A stretch of 64,000 nucleotides of DNA from Escherichia phage vB_EcoM_Lh1B: the sequence record OK428535.1. One strand, 5' to 3'. Within the stretch, counting starts at the first letter, position 1. Every line of letters starts with the position of its first letter. Shown one piece after another: positions 26,898 through 34,794 of the stretch. Made by a program: the position numbers and the translations under genes. The notes below the pieces were generated by a model. It was not told the origin of the DNA. It did not search any database and saw only the letters and a program-made list of their open reading frames with translations.

Positions 26898-28598
26898 ATG
26901 CAGCTTGTAAATCTACTGATGTATCCGGTCTACGATGTTCCAGAGCAAGTTCGTCGCCGCATCGGCTTTAACGCATCGACGGGTGCACTGGATGACTTAG
27001 CAGCAGCGGTTGAACTGGGCGGGGAAAAAGCTGTGGGAACACAGCAGTATCAAGAAGCATTATCTGCCATCGTGGGCTTCGATGGCACCCAGAATGGTTT
27101 TGAGCGTCCATTCATCAACGTGTCCGATGATGACAATCGTCCTGTACAGTTCCAATGGGAATCACGTGATACCGGTATCTTTAACTTCGTGGCGGTGTTT
27201 ATTGCTAAACCTCTGAATGCAACACGCACTCAGGAAACGCAATACATCGTATCCGGTTATACCAGTCAGGCAGAAACCAGCCTGGGTAGCTTGCTGCCGG
27301 ACGATATGGTGTTGTACATTAACGACATCTACGGCTTACAGGCAACGTATACACACGATGCCCTGGGCGGCAAAACATTGAACCCAGACTCATTCCGTCT
27401 ACTGGATAACTACGTTTTATCGAAAGCGCTGTCTGTTGAAGGTCAAACAGAAAGTACGGTAGATATCATTTCGATCGCGAAAGCGGCGGATATGGTAAAA
27501 CGTATTGAAATGAATAGCGGTGAGAAGTTCGTCCCAACGAGCGACTCTGTGCTATCCGCAACCAGTAGCTCTGCACCACAGTTGATGGTATCCCAACTCC
27601 AGCGTCCAGAAAACTACGTATCTGCCATCAGTAATGCGTATCTGGCAAGCTCTGGGGTAGATACCGAACTCGGTAGCGTGGAAAGCTTCTTTGCAGGTAA
27701 TAACTCCATCGGCGTTGAATCTGAATTGAAGCAACGTGGTGTTATCCGTAACTACAGCAACCACGAACTGATTGCTGCGATGCGTCAAGCACTCCAGAAC
27801 GGGATGTCTGATGTATCTGGCGGCTGGAAAGCAACCAGTAAGGCGACGTTCCGTTTGGCTGATTTGCGTAATGCGATTGTCAACCCAATGCGGTTGGATG
27901 AATGTATCCGTGAATCGCTGGCGCTGGCAAGTCGCCGTGGGTTGGGTGCAGGGCTGGTTAACCAAACCGACCACTGGATTGGACGTAATGGCTTCTCCAC
28001 GCAGGGTAGTCTAGTTGCGTATGATCTGGCTATGTCTATCGGGCCGATTATGTCACGTAACCTGATTGGTGAAGTGAGCTTTGTCTTTGATAACCGCAAC
28101 ACAGATATCATGATAGAGCCTACGCTGGAAGTTATTCCTAACTCAGTCAGCAGCATCACGCACCATCAGTTACCTGCTGCATTAGGTCGTCGTTTCTTGC
28201 AGAACATGAAAGAAGCGATGGTTCAGGTTACTAAACATAACCATATTCGCTGCCACATGCTGGTCACCGCATTGTTGGGGACCGTTACTCGTATTGAAAT
28301 CCGTGTCGACGACGAACCGCTGGAATATTACACCTACGCGTCGTTTATGCAATTCCGTCTCCATACCGGCAACACCACCGATCTCAAATACGTTGGTGAG
28401 CTGGCACAGAACACCGCAACGCTGTTGAAAGCCGTGGAAGAAGGTTATACAGAATTCGAGAAAGGCCAAGGCCGGGGTCGAATGCTATCTAACATTCCAA
28501 CTAACACAGGTGGCTTAGATCCTCTTGGAGGTCTTGACCTGGGTGGTGGCTTAGCCGGTTTAGGCGGAAACGGACTCGGCAACGGTCTCATTGATTAA
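26898..28598 (+). CDS. hypothetical protein with Gly/Leu-rich C-terminal tail
   Basis: 566-aa ORF behind CTTAAGGAGTATTTAAAATG; tail GGLDPLGGLDLGGGLAGLGGNGLGNGLID. Confidence 0.6.
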   Translation: MQLVNLLMYPVYDVPEQVRRRIGFNASTGALDDLAAAVELGGEKAVGTQQYQEALSAIVGFDGTQNGFERPFINVSDDDNRPVQFQWESRDTGIFNFVAVFIAKPLNATRTQETQYIVSGYTSQAETSLGSLLPDDMVLYINDIYGLQATYTHDALGGKTLNPDSFRLLDNYVLSKALSVEGQTESTVDIISIAKAADMVKRIEMNSGEKFVPTSDSVLSATSSSAPQLMVSQLQRPENYVSAISNAYLASSGVDTELGSVESFFAGNNSIGVESELKQRGVIRNYSNHELIAAMRQALQNGMSDVSGGWKATSKATFRLADLRNAIVNPMRLDECIRESLALASRRGLGAGLVNQTDHWIGRNGFSTQGSLVAYDLAMSIGPIMSRNLIGEVSFVFDNRNTDIMIEPTLEVIPNSVSSITHHQLPAALGRRFLQNMKEAMVQVTKHNHIRCHMLVTALLGTVTRIEIRVDDEPLEYYTYASFMQFRLHTGNTTDLKYVGELAQNTATLLKAVEEGYTEFEKGQGRGRMLSNIPTNTGGLDPLGGLDLGGGLAGLGGNGLGNGLID

Positions 28599-28610
28599 GG
28601 ATTATTAACC

Positions 28611-29978
28611 ATGAAATTGATTGAATTCTACCGTTCGTTTCTGACCTCGCTCGGATACGGATTCGAAGGTGACATGCTGACTATCGATGATGGTCATCCG
28701 GCAATGTTCACCTACAACAAAGTGAAGCGCCGCTTGGTGCTTCCAACTGCAGCGATGATTAAGCGTGGGTTGGAAGATGACGAAGGTAGTGAATGTCATG
28801 CGTTCCACCCGCTGTGTGAATCGGTGCTGGCTGGCGAATCTGGAACGATTCGTTTCCTGAAGAAAGCCATCAACGCGAACCTCTTCCTGAAAAGCTTCGA
28901 GTTAATCGATGCGATTTTGGAAACAGCAGCCGAAGGAAAAAATATCCGTCTGGCAGCGTACAAGAAGTTTTTAAGCGATGTGGTTTGTGCTGACCTGAAA
29001 GATCCAACGATGGATAAGAAACTGGTTCAGAGCTGGCACGCAGTGAAGAACTACGTTTACGGGTTGCTGGAAGAAGATAAAAAGACAAAGATCACCAGTA
29101 TCTTCATCTCCAGCGATATGACCATTGAAGGTATCAAATATATCCGTGTGGCGAACTACAAACACATGTTTGAAGAAGAGTCACTGGATGGTACGGCAAC
29201 ATTCTTCGGTGCCAAGCTCCAGCGTAAGCAGGATAAGGTCATTATCTTTAACCTGCTAACTGCAGTGTTTGGTTGGTATCCTTCGGTTACTGGTTCTAAC
29301 GATCCGCGTCCGTACTTCGGTTCTTTGGCACGCGGTTGGGCACAATACGTGACCAACTACAATCAAGTGGTTCGTGGTCTGCGTGACCACACTCCACTGC
29401 GTCCGTTAGAAGAAGAATGGATTGGCCAACTGGATAACATGAGCGTTTATGATAACGTTATCCAAACTCTGCCGTATAATACCGGCCCACGCACCGATCA
29501 GGCAACAGACACCACCGCAACGGATTTCCGTATCGGGCGTACACCTGCCGGCACAAAGCCGGTCGTTGCTTTAGCTTCTCAACAAGCTCCGCAGGAAAAT
29601 CTTGATCTCAACGATCCGGTAAACTATTTCCGTGCGAAGAAAGCGCAACAGGCGTCTTCAGCTAATAGCTTCAATGCGTTAGCACCGAAGATTCAGGAAG
29701 CGCTGCGTGAGAACAACGGCCATTTACCGAAAGGGACAATTAAAGAACTGTCTCTCGGTGAAGCGCTGCGTGGTAATGCGGTGACGAAAGAAAGTGGTCT
29801 GGGTTCTGGTTTGCTGGTAAGTAGTAATAATCTCTTGGGGGGTAGCACGCAGTTGGGCGGCGGTAGCACCAACCTCTTAGGAGGGAGTAGTGACGTGTTA
29901 GGTGGTCTGGGTGGTTTAGGTGGCGGAAGTAGCAGCAGTTTAGGCAACCTACCATTCTCATCAGCTAATTTACGTTAA
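28611..29978 (+). CDS. hypothetical protein with Gly/Ser-rich C-terminal tail
   Basis: 455-aa ORF; tail LGGSTQLGGGSTNLLGGSSDVLGGLGGLGGGSSSSLGNL. Confidence 0.6.
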   Translation: MKLIEFYRSFLTSLGYGFEGDMLTIDDGHPAMFTYNKVKRRLVLPTAAMIKRGLEDDEGSECHAFHPLCESVLAGESGTIRFLKKAINANLFLKSFELIDAILETAAEGKNIRLAAYKKFLSDVVCADLKDPTMDKKLVQSWHAVKNYVYGLLEEDKKTKITSIFISSDMTIEGIKYIRVANYKHMFEEESLDGTATFFGAKLQRKQDKVIIFNLLTAVFGWYPSVTGSNDPRPYFGSLARGWAQYVTNYNQVVRGLRDHTPLRPLEEEWIGQLDNMSVYDNVIQTLPYNTGPRTDQATDTTATDFRIGRTPAGTKPVVALASQQAPQENLDLNDPVNYFRAKKAQQASSANSFNALAPKIQEALRENNGHLPKGTIKELSLGEALRGNAVTKESGLGSGLLVSSNNLLGGSTQLGGGSTNLLGGSSDVLGGLGGLGGGSSSSLGNLPFSSANLR

Positions 29979-29985
29979 GCGTTAG

Positions 29986-30015
29986 AAAGAAGGGACTGGG
30001 CGTCCCTTCTTTTTT
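29986..30015. terminator. bidirectional terminator
   Basis: Hairpin GAAGGGAC-TGGG-CGTCCCTTC with A-run before and T-run after. Confidence 0.65.
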
Positions 30016-30339
30016 TCAAGATTCTACGATAGTCGATAAGATGTTACTTACCACACCGACACTAGGAACCAATAAGGTCCTTATCTCTGGCGTGAAATCA
30101 AACGGAGTAGAAATTCCGTTCATTAACATCATCGGATAAATAATACTATTATCGTACTGTTTGAGACGACAGTACGCGTAGAAACTGTGTACCTCTGGGT
30201 AGGCATATTTTGGGTCAACAACTTCTTCTGTAGTATCTGGGTGTTTGCGAAGGAAGTCTGTATAGTCATGCAACACCTTATACTTGGTCGAATCAGGCGA
30301 AGGTATCATTTCGGATAAGGTAGCAAATTTATCTAGCAT
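30016..30339 (-). CDS. hypothetical protein
   Basis: 107-aa minus-strand ORF, AAGGAGAG upstream. Confidence 0.5.
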   Translation of the reverse strand: MLDKFATLSEMIPSPDSTKYKVLHDYTDFLRKHPDTTEEVVDPKYAYPEVHSFYAYCRLKQYDNSIIYPMMLMNGISTPFDFTPEIRTLLVPSVGVVSNILSTIVES

Positions 30340-30360
30340 CGTCTCTCCTTAAAATAAAAC

Positions 30361-30375
30361 AGATAGATATTATCT
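30361..30375 (+). promoter_or_regulatory. promoter-like motif AGATAGATATTATCT
   Basis: Motif family copy 30 nt upstream of the RNAP beta-like gene. Confidence 0.5.
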
Positions 30376-30405
30376 TACCGAGGTAACCAAAAGGAGCATT
30401 TACGA

Positions 30406-32643
30406 ATGAAAACACCAGTCGAACTCATGTCAAGCGTTGCTGACCGTGAGGTGAATATCACTGGCGTATCTGGGGCACGTGCCTCAATGGTGGGTGGACA
30501 TATGAAGTCGGCGGTACCACTGGACAATCCAGATCCGACTATCCATTTTACCGGCGCTGATGTGAACTACCACGATTATTGTTTTAACGATATCGTGGAA
30601 GACAGTGGTACCGTGTGCAGTTACACAACCAAAGAAGGTGTTACTCGTGCAGCTGTTTTTGCACGCTATGGTCGTGAAGGGGATCACGATCCGCTCCAAC
30701 ATGTTATCTTCTTCACGCGCGCAGATTTAACCAACCAGCGCAAAGTGATGATTGATGTAATCGATATCAAGTATTACACCAACCACGATAACATTTTCTC
30801 GTCTAAGAAAGAGGCTACTGGGAAACTTCAGGCGTTGCTGCGCGGGCAGACTCAGCACCTGGAAAAAGATGAAATGCTTACCGTGCTGCCGGCACAGAAA
30901 GACGGTGAGTTTGTCGATGGGGTCAACCTGCACACCGTGACAATGTCGCACCCGGACATTATCGAGGACTCGTACACCATCTCCGAAACTGCAGCGAAGG
31001 CGATGCACGCTTATGGTTTGCGTGCAATTGACTTTACCCTCCGTGACGACGAGTACCTGCTTGACACGTATGGGACAACGGGTATTGATGGCGTTCGTCG
31101 ACCACAGTACCTACCCAATAAAGGACAGGCAATTCGTGATGATGGGTTGGTTATTGCCGCGCGCCGTTTCGATAAGCTATGGGCAGCCATTGACTCGCAC
31201 GTAGGTGAAACACAACATATCTCTCCGCACTTCGACCGTTGTGAGTATGTTGATGCTGACCCTGAGCATTACAAAGCGCGTCAGGCTGGCGACTTTGAAA
31301 AGATGGAACGTACTGGTTCTCGTGTCGTTGATATTCAGGTATGGCGGGACGAAACCAAATGCGATCGTGGTGTTAACAATATCGCATGTACCGAAGAGAA
31401 CAAACGCGAGTTAGATCACTACGCGAACGCTTTGAAACGTTTTTACAATGATATCGTGCGGTTCTATTTTGCGATGTCCAAGGACAAGAATATTGTCTGG
31501 TCACCGAAAGCGTTTGAGATTCTTGACAAGGCGTTCTGTTCTGAGACGTATGAAGTCTATAACGACTTCCGTGAAGAGATTGGTCGTGAATACGATGAAG
31601 CCATGCGTAAAGGTGAGTATAACCGTTCTGCTGATAAGAACGTGTTGAACAAACTGGCGCAGCCGGTTCAGCGTGGTCTCTGGGACCCAATTGGTAGCTA
31701 CACGATACGCATCGTGGTACGTTATCCAATCCCAGTTACCGTCTCATCGAAAATCACCGACCGTTCAGGTACAAAAGGTATCGTGGGCGCAGTGCGGCCT
31801 GATGAAGAAATGCCGATTAACGAGTTCGGAGAACGTGTGCATGTCATTCGTTCCATGAACGCCGTAATTCGTCGTTCGACTTATGCTGCGCTGTTCCACA
31901 TGTATTGGTCTGCTGCATCCGAGCAGTTGAAGATGCGGTTGAAACCATTACTTGCTGCCAACCAGGTTGATGAAGCCTGGGAAATCCTGATGGACTATAT
32001 CGATCGCTATAACCCACGCTGGACATTCTATCTCAATGCCAGTCACCCAGATACTGAGTCACGTCTGGAACTCTTTAAAGAGATTTACGACTTCACGATT
32101 CGTATCTGGCTTCCCCACGAATTGAATGCCACCCAGGTAGAAATCTGCCGTGCTCTAGGCGAGTATGCACCACGCAAGTCTAAGCTACTGATTACTAACT
32201 ATCAGGGTGAGAAAGAGTGGACGAAGAACCAGTTCTACGTCGGCATGGTAGAGACTCTGCGCCTGGATAAAACCGGTCGTGAGTTCTCCAGTATCTCATC
32301 GATGTACACGAACTATTTGGGTTGTATTGATGCATCCAACCAAGGACGTGGTTCATATCCGATTAACCTGAAAGGGTTGAAGTGGGGTGGTCCTTCCGAG
32401 CAGCGTCTTACCGACGGCTTTGGTCCGGGCAACTTCCCCGAAACTCATGACCGCGCTAATAACCCTGCGGTACACCGTGCGATCGTAACGGGGTTGTATA
32501 ACTCGCCAACACCAACCAATCCGGGGGTGCTGGTCGATCGTAAGAAACTGCCAATGGGAGATTCGCAGATTGACAGGATGATACGTAACATCCATCGCTG
32601 TGAAGGTTTTGAATTAGTGCGTCCAATTCGGGAGGATAAATAA
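30406..32643 (+). CDS. multisubunit RNA polymerase beta-like subunit (C-terminal portion)
   Basis: KITDRSGTKGIVGAVRPDEEMPINEFGERVHVI...SMNAV parallels beta [33 protein letters not shown]...SRMNIG. Confidence 0.7.
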   Translation: MKTPVELMSSVADREVNITGVSGARASMVGGHMKSAVPLDNPDPTIHFTGADVNYHDYCFNDIVEDSGTVCSYTTKEGVTRAAVFARYGREGDHDPLQHVIFFTRADLTNQRKVMIDVIDIKYYTNHDNIFSSKKEATGKLQALLRGQTQHLEKDEMLTVLPAQKDGEFVDGVNLHTVTMSHPDIIEDSYTISETAAKAMHAYGLRAIDFTLRDDEYLLDTYGTTGIDGVRRPQYLPNKGQAIRDDGLVIAARRFDKLWAAIDSHVGETQHISPHFDRCEYVDADPEHYKARQAGDFEKMERTGSRVVDIQVWRDETKCDRGVNNIACTEENKRELDHYANALKRFYNDIVRFYFAMSKDKNIVWSPKAFEILDKAFCSETYEVYNDFREEIGREYDEAMRKGEYNRSADKNVLNKLAQPVQRGLWDPIGSYTIRIVVRYPIPVTVSSKITDRSGTKGIVGAVRPDEEMPINEFGERVHVIRSMNAVIRRSTYAALFHMYWSAASEQLKMRLKPLLAANQVDEAWEILMDYIDRYNPRWTFYLNASHPDTESRLELFKEIYDFTIRIWLPHELNATQVEICRALGEYAPRKSKLLITNYQGEKEWTKNQFYVGMVETLRLDKTGREFSSISSMYTNYLGCIDASNQGRGSYPINLKGLKWGGPSEQRLTDGFGPGNFPETHDRANNPAVHRAIVTGLYNSPTPTNPGVLVDRKKLPMGDSQIDRMIRNIHRCEGFELVRPIREDK

Positions 32644-34748
32644 TGGCGGGTCGTTCTGTACACGTGCGTGATTTGCGTATGCTTAACTCTGATCAGGTGT
32701 GGAAACTACGCGGGCGTTATTACGTGACATTCGACGATGGTAAGTCGTTGGAAATGTCTAGTCGCCACATCAAACTCAGCTGGCCGTATTGGGGTGTGTC
32801 GCGTCTGTATCCGCAGGTGCCCACTCCATCGACCATGGCGTATCGTCCAGGTCAGGTAGCAACAGATGACCTGCATCTGGACTTTATGTCGGAAGCAGCG
32901 GTACTGGCCCGTAAAGCAGGTGTCGACCTTGCTGAAACGCGTTATATCCTGAGTCAACATGTCTACGCCGATGCGTTCAACATGACAGTGAAGAACTTGC
33001 TGTCGTATTGTACGACAATCGACTTTGACACGATGATGGAGATCTACGACCACCCGAACTTCGAACTCATCCGTCAGTGGGAAGTGCAATACCCTACTGG
33101 CTACGATGAAGATGGTCAGGATATGGTTGAAGAAGCGTACAAGCTTATCGAGAAAATCTTCAAAGACCCTGCGCTACGGTATAACCCGGTCGTGATGTCG
33201 GTACTGGACGGTACTGTGAAGATGAACCAGGTACTGCAAGCCTTCGTGCGTGGTAAAACGTCAGAAATTGACTCACGTGTATACACCAATCAGGTGTGGG
33301 AAGGCTTCTTTACCGGAATGCACTCGGTTATTTCGCGTTTGAAAGAATCCGGTGCAACATCACGTTCCCACTTGTACAACACTGACAAGATTGCCGAAGC
33401 AGAATACGCCTCACGTAAACTGCAGCTGGCAGCAAACGTACTGATGTATTTCACGTACGACGACTGCGGTACAACTCACGCACACCGCTACACGTTTAAG
33501 GATACGCAGCTGGATGAGCGTGCCTATAAAGCGATGGTGGGGATGCGTTATCGTTTAGAAGGCGATAATGGTCCGTGGTTGAGATTTGAGAAAGGTGGAT
33601 ACGCAGACCTGGTTGGTAAACCGCTGGTCTTCCGTAGTGCAATGACCTGTAAAGAGATGGCGAATCAGTCCATCTGTGCGACCTGCATGGGGGATTTGAT
33701 TTATAACCTCTCTGAAGGCACGTCACCGGGTCACCTGGCATCCACTTCCATCTCAGAAAAGGGTACACAGGGAATTCTCTCCACCAAGCACCTTGACTTC
33801 TTGCGTTATCTGCTCAACCTGGTACTCACGCCGAGAATGCGTGAGTACATGACCGAATACAAACATAACTCTCTGAAAGGGTTGTGCTTGCTACCAAAAC
33901 CACAGCGTGGTAATTGGTCAGAATACGAGTTGGTCGTTACCGACAAAGTTTATTCGGAGCTGAGCCAGATTGCGTATCATGAAGATCTCGATGCAATCGA
34001 TGAAACAGCATTGCCGGAAATCACCGACTTGACATTCCAGCGTCGTTTAGAAGATGGGCAAATCATCGCTGCAGATTCTATCGATGTGCGAATGGGTGTT
34101 TGTGGGAACTTCTCTAAACCGTTCTTGCATTACTTCTTGAAACAACGTGCGAACATTCGTATCGAGAAGAAGACGGTTCAGATTCCTTTGAAAGGATGGA
34201 ACCCGAAACACCCGGTACTGGTCTACACCAACCGTTCTGAATCGATGGCAGAATTCGTGGCAGGGTTAGAAACCAAGCTACGTTCAATCGCAGCCGATAA
34301 GAACGAAGACATTGTGGAAATCATCAACACAGCCTCGACTGTGAAGTTGAACAAGAAACAAGGTCGTGTGAAACCGGTAACGTTGGTTGAAATGGGTGGT
34401 GCTACAGAGAAACAGTGTACTTATGCGTTGATGGATACGTTTAAGTACATCCAGCGTAAGCTGAGCGGTATACCGATGACGCACATTGCGATTATGTTGG
34501 CGATATCTCGTGTAGAGTCACCAACCAATCCGTTCCCGGCAGTAGGATTTGACAGTGAGGATTCTACTAATGCCACCGGGAAACGGTTTGTCGATCACAA
34601 CACGCTCATTAGTTTGCGCTCGGCAATTCCGATGTTGTTGTTTGAAGGACAGCAGGGGAATATCGATCGCGTTGGTTTTTATACCGAGTACAAAATCCCG
34701 GCATCGTTGTACGATGACCTAGGAGCCGCTGTGGTAATTGAGTTGTAA
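32643..34748 (+). CDS. multisubunit RNA polymerase beta-prime-like subunit (C-terminal portion)
   Basis: CATCMGDL (cf. CAHCYGRDL) and trigger-loop-like TSISEKGTQGILSTKH (cf. QSIGEPGTQLTMRTFH); TAATG coupling to beta-like gene. Confidence 0.65.
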   Translation: MAGRSVHVRDLRMLNSDQVWKLRGRYYVTFDDGKSLEMSSRHIKLSWPYWGVSRLYPQVPTPSTMAYRPGQVATDDLHLDFMSEAAVLARKAGVDLAETRYILSQHVYADAFNMTVKNLLSYCTTIDFDTMMEIYDHPNFELIRQWEVQYPTGYDEDGQDMVEEAYKLIEKIFKDPALRYNPVVMSVLDGTVKMNQVLQAFVRGKTSEIDSRVYTNQVWEGFFTGMHSVISRLKESGATSRSHLYNTDKIAEAEYASRKLQLAANVLMYFTYDDCGTTHAHRYTFKDTQLDERAYKAMVGMRYRLEGDNGPWLRFEKGGYADLVGKPLVFRSAMTCKEMANQSICATCMGDLIYNLSEGTSPGHLASTSISEKGTQGILSTKHLDFLRYLLNLVLTPRMREYMTEYKHNSLKGLCLLPKPQRGNWSEYELVVTDKVYSELSQIAYHEDLDAIDETALPEITDLTFQRRLEDGQIIAADSIDVRMGVCGNFSKPFLHYFLKQRANIRIEKKTVQIPLKGWNPKHPVLVYTNRSESMAEFVAGLETKLRSIAADKNEDIVEIINTASTVKLNKKQGRVKPVTLVEMGGATEKQCTYALMDTFKYIQRKLSGIPMTHIAIMLAISRVESPTNPFPAVGFDSEDSTNATGKRFVDHNTLISLRSAIPMLLFEGQQGNIDRVGFYTEYKIPASLYDDLGAAVVIEL

Positions 34749-34751
34749 ACC

Positions 34752-34778
34752 GAGGGGCCTTGCGCCCCTCTTTTTTTG
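34752..34778 (+). terminator. rho-independent terminator
   Basis: Hairpin GAGGGGC-CTTG-CGCCCCTC then TTTTTTT. Confidence 0.7.
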
Positions 34779-34794
34779 GGCGAAGAGGGGCAGC

